A stretch of 63,915 nucleotides of DNA, filler included, from Olpidium bornovanus S191 (lineage: Eukaryota > Fungi > Olpidiomycota), in the NCBI GenBank assembly GCA_017911155.1. It is 29 parts of 29 records of this genome, joined end to end, with 100 filler letters (N's around TTAATTAATTAA, not from the genome) between each part and the next. Parts side by side here need not be neighbours in the genome. Positions count along the whole stretch, not along the records: positions 12,944 to 15,225 come from JAEFCI010004871.1; positions 15,326 to 17,494 come from JAEFCI010013187.1; positions 17,595 to 24,579 come from JAEFCI010001537.1; positions 24,680 to 27,749 come from JAEFCI010005186.1; 25 more parts are not named here. One strand, given 5' to 3'. Shown here one piece after another: positions 13,399 through 24,995 of the stretch; the stretch's first letter is position 1; every line of letters starts with the position of its first letter. The notes beneath the pieces were generated by a model that was not told the origin of the DNA, made no database searches, and saw only the letters and a program-made list of their open reading frames with translations. A program made the translations under genes and the position numbers.

Positions 13399-15013
13399 TT
13401 AGTAGTCTGGGATCTGCGAGAGGCCGAGAAAAAAAAAAGCGACGCCAGGAAAGAAAAAAAAAAGGGGGTCGCCGCCGGAAAGAAATTAAATAAACAAAAC
13501 AAAGCAAGACATAAAAAAAAAAATAAAAAACGGAACGTAATCGGGCGTCAGGAAAAGTGGACGATATCTCCCGGGTCAATTTTAGAAAATGAGTACCGCC
13601 AAAAACGACTCGCCCGATGGCCACCTCCGCGCAACGGGGAGACGGACTGCCTTTCCCACGGACCTGATCGAAATCATAACCGTCGTAACCTTTGTACGAG
13701 TAGTATGCTATTCGGACGTGGTAAGCGCCTGAATTTTCGCGGAATGTTCCGGCCTCGAGGTCAGTGTCCCTCCGGAATTTTGCGGAGCGTGTACGGAAGA
13801 CCAGAATTTGCAAAAAGAGCTCAACTTCGGCGTCGGTTTGCTCACCAGGGATGAAGAGGAGAGCTCCGATGAAGAGAAACGGAAAGATGCTGCTTCCGGT
13901 CCGCTGCAGAGGCCACGGCAAGGGCGGGTGCAGGCGGCAGAGGGGGGGGGGGGGGGATTGGGGGGGGGGGGTTGCGAGGGGAAAAGAGGGGTTGAGAGGT
14001 CAGGCAAACACGTGCCGACGTTTTTCGCAGTCGCCTCAGGCCGGACCGCCTGCAGCTGGTGCCGGTCACCGCTCCTTCCGCCCACTGCGCGAACCAAAAA
14101 CAAAAAACAAAATAAAAAACCAAAACCAAACCAACCAACCTTCGGATCGATGATCCCCAGCATGAGCAGAACGCCGAATATTATGGACAGCGATCCCAGG
14201 ACGAACAGAAGGACCGCAAGGCCGATCGACTTCCAAGGAACTTTTTGAAAAGTTGTTTCCCCCGTGAAACCCCGTCGGCAAAAAAAAAAAAAAAAAAAAA
14301 AGTTGAAAACGGACCTCGGCGGGCGTATCTGCGGGCTGGGAAAACGCACGGCGCCGCGGGTGCGGGGGGTGGGGGGGGGGGGGGGGGGGCCCCGCCGTGA
14401 ACGTACTCGGAGTGGGCGGCTTCACGAACTGACCGGGAATGACTGCCCTATCGCCCGCGTCAGGTTTTCCGGGCAAAACAGAGGGGGAAAGGGGAAATAA
14501 AACGGGGAAGCGGACGGTCGTTTGAGCCCCGGAGCCGGTTCGAGATCGGACGGTCGGGATCGCCCGATGGGAATGGCGGGGGTGGGGGGTCCACGGCGGC
14601 GCGATCCAAGAACGTCACTCCCCCTCCCCCTCCCCCCCCTCCCCCCCCCCCTTCCCCCGAAAGGGAAAACCTTGCTCCGGAGTCACTTCACAGGGGGGGG
14701 GGGGAGGAAACAGCGCAGCGTTCCTTTCCTTTTTTTTCCCTCCTCTTTTTCTTCTTTCCAGAACACATCTTCTACCCCGCACCGGCGGAGGACCGGGAGC
14801 AGGAAGAGGGGCGGGGAGCGGAAGGAAAAAAAGCCCAGAAAAGAAAGAAAGAACCGCAGCAGCCCGCGCCGGGACGGAGAGGGGAAGGGGAAAGAAGGGG
14901 TGGGGGTGGGGGTGGGGTGGTACCTGGCCGCTACACTACGCACACTCGTCTGTGGAGTCGGCCAGCTCGCGGAAGCGCTGCCCGGCGCCGCCCTTGCTGC
15001 CGGGCAGCCGCAT
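13399..15013 (-). CDS. TMEM230 (UPF0414) membrane protein, apparently complete, multi-exon
   Basis: Exons assemble to MRLPGSKGG...DSTDE/AVIPGQFVKPPTP/IPWKSIGLAVLLFVLGSLSIIFG.../FLFIGALLFIPG/AYHVRIAYYSYKGYDGYDFDQ/IPDY*. These are the typical TMEM230 motifs. Confidence 0.88.
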
Positions 15014-15152
15014 CCTGGGCGGAGTTTATTGGCTCAGCACTAAACTTTTTTTTTTTTTTTTTTTTTTCTTTCTCTCTCCGTCCCTCTCTCGGTCTCTTTT
15101 GGGCCTCCCGGGGCGCGGGAGGGGGAACGGGCGGGCGGTGGAGGAAAGGGTT

Positions 15153-15225
<73 letters not shown>

Positions 15226-15873
15226 NNNNNNNNNNNNNNNNNNNNNNNNNNNNNNNNNNNNNNNNNNNNTTAATTAATTAANNNNNNNNNNNNNNNNNNN
15301 NNNNNNNNNNNNNNNNNNNNNNNNNCATGATCACGATGCGGGTTATTTCGCCGATGTACTGCTTGTCGCGAAGAAAGCGTTGGCCGTAACATTCAAACCG
15401 GCAACAAATAACGAACTTCTCCCTATCCCGAAACTTAATCTTACCTCTGCAGCGATAGCGTTTTGTAGATTACCCCCGCCAGCATATCTGGGGGACTTCC
15501 TGTCGAGCTTTCTGTCGTATTGTGACGGTAAACCCCACTTGTTGTCAGAGGTTCCCCACTCACTGTATGGTGAATTTTTTAAGAAGCGGTCACGAAAATG
15601 TCAATGAACCCATAAGACCCTTGATGTGAAGCCTCCGAATGATTGCACTCACAACTCAATAACCTTGAGGGTATGGAACTGAGAGCAAAGCGTAGCACGG
15701 CCCAATTTTTAAGGTCCACCTCGGATGGGCCTCAATGTCCGTTACGCGCCGGACATGTCGATAGAAATTTGCGAGACTTGCCACAACAGTGGCAATTCGG
15801 GCGTCAGTAACCTCATTCCGAAAAAAAGAAAAGTACGTCGGCGCCCGCGATACCGGCAACAAAGGAAGGGGAC

Positions 15874-15916
<43 letters not shown>

Positions 15917-16384
15917 GTGAGTGAGTGAGTGAGAAGAAGAAAAAGGTATGTCAGCGGCGCAAAAAAATAAATAAATAAATAAAAAATACAAAACAAGATG
16001 CAGGCGCGCGCGATGCCGGCAACAAAGGAAGGAAGGCAGGCAGGGAGGAAAGAAGGGTGGCAGTGCCCGGTCAGGGGGACGAGGACTGTCAGCTCGCCCC
16101 CATAATCCTCATGGTCGGCATGCCCGCTATGGTCACCGCCATGATCACAGACGGCGCCGCCGCTCATGGTCGATAACCGAGCTAGCTCGGCAACCATGAA
16201 AGCTATCCTGGTTCCATTTTTTGCAGTAAGTCTCACAGGGTGTTGCTCACCTGCCTGACATGCCCTTTCCCCTGTAGCTTAAGTCCACGTGGCTGGCCAG
16301 TTCAATTCAAGTCCTGAATTGAGCTGGTTTAAGTATTGACAGGAATCCGCAGTTCCGCACGTTGGCCCCCCCTCCCCACGCTCC

Positions 16385-16567
16385 TTTCCTTCCTTCCTTC
16401 CTTTCTTCCTTCGTCCTCCCTTCCTTCCTTCATTCCTCCTTCGTCCTTCCTTCGTCCTCCCTCCCTTCCTTCATTCCTCCTTCGTCCTTCCTTCGTCCTT
16501 CATTCCTTCCTTCATTCCTCCTTCGTCCTTCCTTCGTCCTTCCTTCCTTCCTTCTTTCCTTCCTTCC
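16385..16567. repeat. Compound CCTT/TCGT/TCAT microsatellite
   Basis: Pyrimidine-rich TTCC, TTCGTCC and TTCATTCC repeats, seen directly. Confidence 0.85.
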
Positions 16568-16623
16568 TGGCGCCGGCGCCCGCGCGGGGCGACGTTTTGC
16601 GTTGTGTGTGGCGTTGCGGTTCC

Positions 16624-16664
<41 letters not shown>

Positions 16665-16689
16665 GGGGGGGAGGGGGGAAAAAAAAGGG

Positions 16690-16735
<46 letters not shown>

Positions 16736-17616
16736 AAAAAACAAAAAACTAAAAAAACAAAGAGGAAAGAAAAAAAGAGGGAGATTGAGAGTTAGACAGA
16801 TCAGGGATAACCCTGGCGCTATCTCGGAGGGAGCGAAACTCGCAGATGTGTAGCTAATAAATAATAGAAAAAAGAAGAAAAAGGAAAGAAAAGCAGTAGA
16901 GGCTATGTGGTGGGCCGCCGGGAGGGAGGGAGGAAAGGGCCGGGTGGCTCTCCGGAGTATTACCGGGGGTCGCACCCCGTGGGCGCCGCCTGCAGCAGGG
17001 AACCGCGTGTGGTGGTGAATTCTTTGCACATTGATCACCGTCAGCCAGCCCTTCTTGGAACTGTGTTTTGACGGCACGAGGTGTCTATATGACCCAATGC
17101 GTCCGAGAAGGTCCGCTTTTGCCATCATTGCAGCTGCATTTACCAGGCAGTTTGGAGGAACTTGGCTAACAAAATGCCCTTTTTCTTTTTCCCTCCTACG
17201 AGGGGTTCATTCCCGGCTTAAAAAGAAAAGAGGGGAGCTTGTCAAACACCTCCGCCTGGTGCTCCTTGGGCAACGGTTTCTGCTTTCGCAAAATCGACTA
17301 CGCTTTGTAAGCGATCAATTATTTGAACACTCAAGAATTTCTTCGCCGCTCCAAGAAGCGCACCGCACTTGTGCATGGTGAGTCCGTTTCGTCTTCTTTC
17401 AAGCTTGCTAGCGCGAGGCAAAGACTGGCTAGTAGCGTCCTGCTTTTCTGTAAAGGTGCGAGAGGGTTTCTCTATGGATGCGTGCGCGTTCCCGNNNNNN
17501 NNNNNNNNNNNNNNNNNNNNNNNNNNNNNNNNNNNNNNTTAATTAATTAANNNNNNNNNNNNNNNNNNNNNNNNNNNNNNNNNNNNNNNNNNNNCATGGG
17601 CGGGGACGTAGCTCAC

Positions 17617-18591
17617 CTCCGTCCTCCCCTCAAAAATAACGGGTTCGCTGCCCGGCCCCGTGCTGTATGCAAATGTACAGAGCGCGTAACCGGATTTGTC
17701 TGAGAATCCTTGCAGCATTGCGTTGAGGCCATCGTGGCCCAGTTCATCTAGAAACCATTTTCTGCCGGCGATACGGGAACGGGACAGGCCGGAGTCAGTA
17801 AGCGTGCATTACGAACAAACGAGGTACCGGCCAAGCCGTCCGACCGGCTCCTCGCGTTGGCGGAAAGTCTCCCACATATATGGTCCAGGAAGGCCCTTTA
17901 GTGCGTTGAAGCAAAGAGCGGTGTCTTCCGTGATGACCGGCCCCCCAACCTGCAGCAAGGGCGAAGAAAAGGCTGAAGTCTGAGCAGCGGAAGGCTGGAG
18001 TTGTGCGACATACAAAATTCGCGCCCAATGCCAACACGGGTTACGTAACCACTTCGGTCGCCCTCCTGCACTTGTCGGCCGAAACTTCCCGCGTGCTGCC
18101 CTGGATCTCGGTAACTGCGGTCGAAAACTCCGCGCGACATGTTCGTGTGCGTTTGGAAACGGGACACGCATAGACGGCAGGCCAGAGGGCCCGACGCGGA
18201 ACGCACGTGCGCCAGACGTACGTTCTATTTTCCTCGACTCCAGTTCAACCGAGTCGCCGAGTATCGCCCTGACTTCCTCCAGCTTCTTCTTGTTCCCCGT
18301 GACAAATCTACGCCCAAAGCAAAAACGGCCGCCGGAAAGGGTCCGATCAACACTACCAAGCAGGTCCGTCGACCGAGCGAACGCGTCCACGGAGGGAGGG
18401 GGAGGGGGAGGGAGGGCGCGTCCCGCTCCCCTTCCCACCTCCCTTTAAGCGCGGAAATGGTTGCGGAAGTGGCCGACGGCTGGCCCTGGACCCCGATCCA
18501 CATCACCCCCCTCTGGCCGCCGCTGCCGCCGCCGGCGCTCCTCCCTCGCACCGGAAACCCACACGAGCCTCCTGGCGGCGTTCGCAGTCAT
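17617..18591 (-). CDS. HAM1: Inosine triphosphate pyrophosphatase (ITPA/Ham1), 3' end missing
   Basis: Spliced translation: [27 protein letters not shown].../[91 protein letters not shown]. Confidence 0.93.
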
Positions 18592-18699
18592 GACCGGGCG
18601 GCGTGTCTCTCCAGGGGCTGGAAGGCGGGCGGGATTCGGGCGTGTGGCGTGGGGCGTCTGTCGTTTCGTTTCCGCCCGTGCGCCCTGTGCTGACGTCGG

Positions 18700-19620
18700 G
18701 GGGGCGACACCAGTTCCATGTGGCTCCTCGTTCGCAAACGAGGTAATTTATCCTCTAGCTTGAAAAAAAAAACAACCCCGCGGGCTGGCAGCACAATTCA
18801 CCGCCGGTGATTCCCGGAGCCTCCATGCAATAGATCAGGCACAGGTGGTTGGTGTCGTGATCTATGTGCATTGCGCGGCTGGTAAGAAACGCCAATAAAC
18901 GACGAGGCTCAGATTTTCTGCTGGCGATGTCGGCGTCCGTGATATTGCATAGCACGAACTCAAGCCGAAGATGGACCAAGAACACGCTTTGTCTATGTGC
19001 GTGTAAATTTAGGCATCTACATTTTGAGTCTAGGAAGGGGATGGGGTGACCCGTTGCGGGCCAACAGTTTTTCGGAAAAGCAGAAGCGCAATTTGGGCTA
19101 GTCTAATGAAGTAACACCGCAGCCGTGCGAGGGGTGGGGGACGTCAAAATGTTTCCATTGCGCTGACCATGGCGCGTCCTTCGGACGGGTTTTTTCGCCT
19201 TCCCCGTCCCGTAATACCTGCCCGTGAGTGCCAATATGTGAAGGAAAAATCTGTTGGGACGGGAAGCTGCAGCGGCGGACGGGCAACACGGCTGGTTTAC
19301 AAGGAGGCTGCGAATCTCGGTCAGGGGACGACGCAGCGTCACCGTTCCTTCCCAACACCCCTCTTCAAAGAACTCTTCGATCGGGCTGGCGCCCACGAGG
19401 AACCGAAATCTTTCGACCGCATGATCAAGCCAAATCCTAGGCGTCGTGGTCGCAAGGCGTCAGAACGTCTTCCTTTCCTCCAGGCACCTGCTTCGTAGAC
19501 ATTTGCATAGGAGCTGTTTCGACATAAACCTCAATTTGCACGTCCTTCTTGTATGACCACGTTTGACACACAAGGTGCAACACCTGTTGCTGTCTGGTAA
19601 TGACAGAGGCTCTGACCACT
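18700..19620 (-). pseudogene. Frameshifted homolog of the TET/JBP-like dioxygenase at 24996-26994
   Basis: Reads MHIDHDTNHLCLIYCMEAPGITGGE/LPARG..FFKLED/FANEEPHGTGV across several frameshifts, against MHVDRDANHLCLAFCMEEPGISGGEFVLPARGLFFKLEDHLLFFFANKEPHGTAV in the other copy. Upstream VPGGKEDVL..DHD../WLDHA aligns with VPGALEVLLADREG..WCQHA. A CAG acceptor (18881-18879) sits at the homologous position. Confidence 0.8.
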
Positions 19621-19989
19621 TTCGTTTTGGCATCTGCCTGCTTCGGCAATGTACAGATGGAGCAAAGTAGCCTGGAAAATTGACAAAACAGTCTGAGTAG
19701 AGGACACACTAGCCGGGAAAGGCATTAAAACAGTCCGACTAGGCGGCGAATTAGCCTGACAAGGGGGAAAAAAACAGTCTGACAAGGCGGCAAAACAGTC
19801 TGACAAGGCGGCAAAACAGTCTGACAAGACGGCAAGGGGGATGTACCCCAACTAGGAGGTATCATAGCTTTGGCAAAGTAGCCGGGAGAAGAAGGTATCT
19901 TGGCTTTGATGGACAACAGTGTGCCGCACGCGAGGAAACGGACAGCGCAAGAAACAGCATCAAGGACAGCGTGCAGCCGAGGCAAAGGA

Positions 19990-20400
19990 CAGGGTGTGGG
20001 ACACGCTGACAACGAGAATTTCTCGCATCCCGAACACCGATTTCGCCGCTGACAAGGTCATCCCCGCTTGCTCCAAGCTCGTCAGGACCGCGTCCACGTC
20101 CTTGACATGATTTGCAACAAACTTGTGAGCTCCAGTCTTCGCATCGATATCATGGTCGCATTCCTCAACCCGCGGTCTCTTCATCGGCAAATGGTTTATA
20201 AAAGGAATGGCCACGCGTGGGACGTGATCCCACAGGACGGCGTTGACGGCTGCGACCACGTGTCCCACCGAGTTCGTTCCTCCCATGGGTACCGTCGTTA
20301 TTCGGAGCAAGCCCAACGGGGTTTGAAGCACGGTTAGATCACGATTTGCCCGTTCCAACTGAAAATTGGTCGTACCCTGAATTGTTGTCCGAGTTGTCCA
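19990..20400 (-). mobile_element. Ty3/gypsy reverse transcriptase remnant
   Basis: Reads NSGYDQ/..NRDLTVLQTPLGLLRITTVPMGGTNSV...FINHLPMK...HVKDVDAVLTSLEQAGMTLSAAKSVFGM. The catalytic YxDD position is decayed to FINH. Confidence 0.85.
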
Positions 20401-20839
20401 AGGCCCTAGGGAGCCGCTCAGCCCACCCGGTGAAGGGTTCGTCGGAAAGCTGATCGGAAGTCAAAGAGCGCATCAGCGGCAACCGTACCAGGCGGCGCAT
20501 TGGCGAGCAACCCGGCGACGGCGCCGGCTTTGCGGAGGCGTCGGTAGGCGGTGCCCAGCGTTGACAGCAAGCGGGCTAGCGTCAAGACAAATCGCAGCAC
20601 TACCGATCCACAGATCCGGTCCACGTGGATGTGTCCTCCACCATTGAACAACAACGCTTTCCGCTCGTCCCACCACAAATGCATTCCAAAGGATGCGCAC
20701 GGCTGTCTGACATTCTACATTCTGATTAGAACGTACAATTTTTTTTCAAAACAGGTTTAGAGGGAGTAGGATGTAGAAGGTCATTGGCGCATTAGTCAAA
20801 ACAAATGGCTTTGCCAACCGCTCAAAATGGCCGTAACGA

Positions 20840-21140
20840 ATGTTGAATCCGGTGAAATGGATGTTTTTATGGCGCTTGCAGAGCCAGTCCAAATCTGATT
20901 ATAGTTTGACATGAGATCCACTTCTGTAAAGTGCTTCGTTTCACGCAAACATTCTCAGAGTTCATTACTTCCTGTGATAGGAGTGGCGTCTTTAGTATTT
21001 GAAGTCCATGCACATTCTCAGTGCGCTTTTTTTTATGAATGGAATTAGAGATCTTTAAAGAGAAGAAGAATACTTGACATGGCCAAGTCAAAGCAACTCT
21101 GTAAGCTGCTCAATAATTCTGCCAGTTCTTCTTCATGACA
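20840..21140 (-). mobile_element. Second, heavily decayed Ty3/gypsy RT fragment
   Basis: Minus-strand reading TKDATPITGSNEL*ECLRETKHFTEVDLMSNYNQIW resembles T.KD.YPLPRIDEL...GAKYFTK.DL.SGY.QI. It contains in-frame stops. Confidence 0.6.
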
Positions 21141-21159
21141 TCTGAGTTCAAAGCTTTTT

Positions 21160-21520
21160 TCTCGAAAGAATTCAAAATATTATATAAACGGAGAATTCTA
21201 CATAAACAGAAAATCTTCTCCTTGAAAAAGTCTGAGATAAATGGAGAATCCTTCGAGATAAACGAAAAAAGTCTTTTATTGAAATAGTTCGAGTTAAATT
21301 GAGAGTTTAATCTTTGAAAAGAATTCGAAATTAACGGAGAAACTTTTAAGAGATGAGCAGAGAACTCTTTCCTTGAAAGAACAGTTTAAGATATACGGAG
21401 AAAATCGCAATTTCTTCCTTTAAAAAAGTTTGAGATAAACGGAGATCTATTTCCTTGAAAGAGTTAGAAATAAACGGTTAGCTCCCTTTTTGAAAGAATC
21501 CAAGGTAAACGGAGCTGTTT
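21160..21520. repeat. AT-rich (~30% GC) degenerate tandem repeat, unit ~35-45 bp, core TTGAAARAGTTTGAGATAAACGGAGA
   Basis: About 8-10 diverged copies of CTTGAAA...ATAAACGGAGA are visible. I counted 17 G/C in 60 nt at 21181-21240. Confidence 0.75.
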
Positions 21521-21924
21521 GAGTCTGAAGTAACTCGAAATGACCGGCGAGAAGAATTGGAACGGCACAAGGCAGGAAGGGGCAAGGCTAAAAGCTGCGG
21601 AATCACCCCCCCCCCCTCTGAGATCTAACCGTAAAGCCAGCGCTTAACGACAAATGAGAATGGTGATCGGCAACTCCTCGAGGAATTTGCGCTTAAAGCA
21701 ACGGCGTGACGGCGATACGGCGATGGGCTCAATGGTCCGATGTCGTTAATCGCATTGCTACCATGTATTGTGTTCGAGCGCAGAATTGCAAGAAAACGAA
21801 CTAACCGCGGTGCAAGCTACTATGGTGATTTTTTGAGGACGGCGCACTACGTCACCCGGGGACACACCCCTCCCTTCACACCTTCCCCCCCACCCCGGCG
21901 GAAGAAGAAAAGGAGAAAAGAAAA

Positions 21925-22941
21925 ATGCGGGCGGCCACGGCAGGACCGCCGTCGCGCGCGCCGCTGCGCCCCCCGCCCCCGGCGGAAGCGTCCGACTTGT
22001 CCGCTGCGCCGCCGCCTGTCGCGCGCACGGCGGAGAGGCTGAGTGCCGCTCTCGCCGCCGTCGAGGCGGCGCTGCTCCCGCTGCTTTCCTCCGGCCCGCT
22101 GTCGGAGCAAGTTGCGCGCCTCCAAGACCCCGTCGACCGCTGCAAGCTGGAAGTCTCGCTCGCCTACGCGATAACCAGCGTCGTCTGGGGTAAGGGGGAA
22201 AGAAGAGTTCCCACACAGCCCGTTGTGGGCGGGGCCGGCGCTGGAGGGTTGGGGCGGAGGAAACTTTTCGGGCGCCCTGGCCGTTCCAAACGAAGCGATT
22301 CGACTGCCTTCGGGATTGTAACTTTTTTTTTCCTTTTCCCCGCTCTCTCGCACGCAAAAATCGGTCTGGTTTCTTGACCACGACGCCGCACATAAAAGTC
22401 TTTTTCAAAACCAACGGCTTGGATCCCAAAAACCACAAACTATACAGCGAAATCGTGAGCGGGGTCCTTTTTTTTGCACAGCCGACAAATAGTTCGCAGC
22501 AGCCGCGGCCGTCGCATTCTTTGTTCTTTTTCCCTCTTTTTTTCATGTTCTTTATTTCCCTTCTTTCCCCCCTTTTTTTGCTGACGTTTTCTTTCATCGG
22601 CGGGGTTCAGGACCGCGTACGGGGATATTTCAAAAAGATAGACGCCGCCGACGGCCTGGAAAGACAGCCGAAACGTGCGTTTTCTTCTGTCCTGTGCTAT
22701 TTTTGGGAAATTTGTTTCTGGCCTGTTTGGACCTTGGAACGCCGGAGCCAGGTAAACTGAGCGAAACTCTTCAAACGCGTGTCCGGCGAACAATATATTT
22801 TTCCTTCGGCTCTCCGCAGAATCGCTTACGCTGGACAAGGGTGCCGCAAAGAGAATATTTCGATCCGCGCAGGGCAGCGGCACCCCGGACCCCGATTCGC
22901 AATCGGCCCGGTTTTTGCAGAACCTAGGACGGTCGCTGTAA
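21925..22941 (+). CDS. C1D / Rrp47 (Lrp1) nuclear exosome cofactor, Sas10/C1D family, 4 exons
   Basis: Spliced translation: LAAVEAALLPLL...DPVDRCKLEVSLAYAITSVVW/VFFKTNGLDPKNHKLYSEI/DRVRGYFKKIDAAD.../SLTLDKGAAKRIFRSA...*. Confidence 0.82.
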
Positions 22942-24149
22942 CGAAGTTACACGATTTGTATGGCGCTTGTCGAAGAAAGCAACGAGGTTTGCTTTGCGTG
23001 CCGCATCAATCGCCGTTAACAGGCGAAGAACGGCGTCGATTATACCCTGTCTGCCCCAGAAAGAATTCAACGAGGCGACAAAATAATAAGATAATAATAA
23101 TTTGCGCCCGCGGCCCCGATTTTTTTTTTGTTTTTTGTTTTTGTTTTCGTCCAAAGGACGATGCGATGGCCCCCAAGCGACTCCGCTTTTCCGGCCCGGC
23201 TGCTGGTCAGCTTCTGTCCCGAGACCTAAAGTTCCGAGAAAACGGGTTGTACCTGGTCGTACTCGGGGAACAATGATAGGAAAAAAAGACAAACGATAAT
23301 AAACTATGACAAGCGAGCAATGGAAGGCAACCACGCGTACCAGGCCGGCAAACTCCAATCTTCAACTTAAGCTGAGGAAAGTCTCATCGCAAACAAGCAC
23401 ATTGCGCGGAAATCTTGAGTTTAGATCTTCAATAGGCGTCGCCCTGCACCGCGAAGGGCGAGTGCAGGACGAAAGCGGCTGGCGGAACGCATTTTTACCC
23501 CTACAAAGTAGATTATCATTATAGACATATTGAAGTCGATCCAATAATTTAGTGTACGCTGCTGCGGTATGCCTCACGCTCCTGCAGAAAGGTGTAGACA
23601 CCTGATCGAGTGCCGAGGCGAGGTTGGTGGGCCCGAGGCCACGCCGCAACGCCCCACACGCACCTTGCAACGCCGAACAGAGAAGGAAAGAAGGACGGAC
23701 GGAAAGACGGAAAGAAAGTCGGGGTGGCAACGCCAAACCGCAACTCCGACCCACCACAACGACATAAAAGACCTACCTACACACGGCGATTCAGAACCTG
23801 TATAATACGAATGGCAAGTAGTGGCCCTGCCCCTTTCCTGGAACTCCGTTTCGCCTGCGAAACGATGACCTGCACCACAGTACCGTTGGCCGCTGGCGGC
23901 GTCGTTGCGTGGGACGGTCCATGACGAGTTGCAAGAAAAGACCGTTTCCCGACGTTTCGGAGGGAAATCTGAACCGTTGAAATAACGCTGCCAAGAACAC
24001 TGCCGACCGTCGCCAGAACGATCTGAAACTGCCTCACGTAGTTTTGGCCTGACGCCAACTTCCTTCACTTCGGGGATCCGCGGCCCCGCAGACTGCCCGG
24101 CGCCAGGGCGAAAACCGGAATCCCCGCCCCCATCAGCTGCTTGCCACCC

Positions 24150-24182
<33 letters not shown>

Positions 24183-24398
24183 TTCTGACAAGGCAGAGCA
24201 AACCCGTGCTCCCAGGCCAAGATTGAGGTTTGGCTCCCGCGGAAAATTGCAAGACTAATTGCGCGGCAGAAAACGTTTGGTGCCGACGTAAAAGAAAGTT
24301 ATAGAACAAAAATCATCACAAGGCCAAAGCTTGCCCGACAATTCGGGGGGTCTTCCAGATATGCCGTCACCGAAGGCGGCGTCGCCCCGGTCGCCACG

Positions 24399-24490
<92 letters not shown>

Positions 24491-24491
24491 C

Positions 24492-24578
<87 letters not shown>
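24399..24578. repeat. 11-bp GC-rich minisatellite (GCTCACCGGCC)n, ~16 copies, running into the contig end
   Basis: Nearly perfect tandem copies seen directly, with one variant GCTCCCCGGCC. Confidence 0.95.
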
Positions 24579-24579
<1 letters not shown>

Positions 24580-24764
24580 NNNNNNNNNNNNNNNNNNNNN
24601 NNNNNNNNNNNNNNNNNNNNNNNTTAATTAATTAANNNNNNNNNNNNNNNNNNNNNNNNNNNNNNNNNNNNNNNNNNNNGAAACTTCTTGCTTGACCGCC
24701 CCCCCAGCGGCGACAATTGCAAAAAAACACCGGCAGGGGGGGGGGGGGGGGGGGGGGGGTTTTC

Positions 24765-24811
<47 letters not shown>

Positions 24812-24995
24812 CTGTTCGGCGTAAAGCGCCCGGGCGAAGGTAGAATAAGCTTCGCCTCGCGCGGGCATAAAAGGCGCGCGCGCCCTCCGCCCGCCGCCCC
24901 TCCGCCCGCCGCTCGGAAACACCAACACAGAAACCGAGGGCGAAAAAGGAGGGAAAGGACGGAGAAGAAAGAAAAAGAAAAGGAAAAAAAAAAAG

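Noticed and set aside
15326-17494. Possible exons on contig 8 (e.g. AINYLNTQEFLRRSKKRTALVHG with a GTGAGT donor at ~17378; NEVTDARIATVVASLANFY)
   Set aside because: Probably coding fragments, but I could not assign a family or a consistent gene model.
19771-19836. Three copies of a 21-bp unit AAAACAGTCTGACAAGGCGGC between the TET pseudogene and the gypsy RT
   Set aside because: A real but short local duplication with no similarity to the repeats at the other TET copy.
23300-24200. Possible multi-exon gene on the minus strand downstream of C1D
   Set aside because: Several short open frames but no recognisable motif or reliable splice model.
24399-24578. 11-bp repeat as a telomere
   Set aside because: It lacks a TTAGGG-like core, and its position at a contig end is explained by assembly failure.
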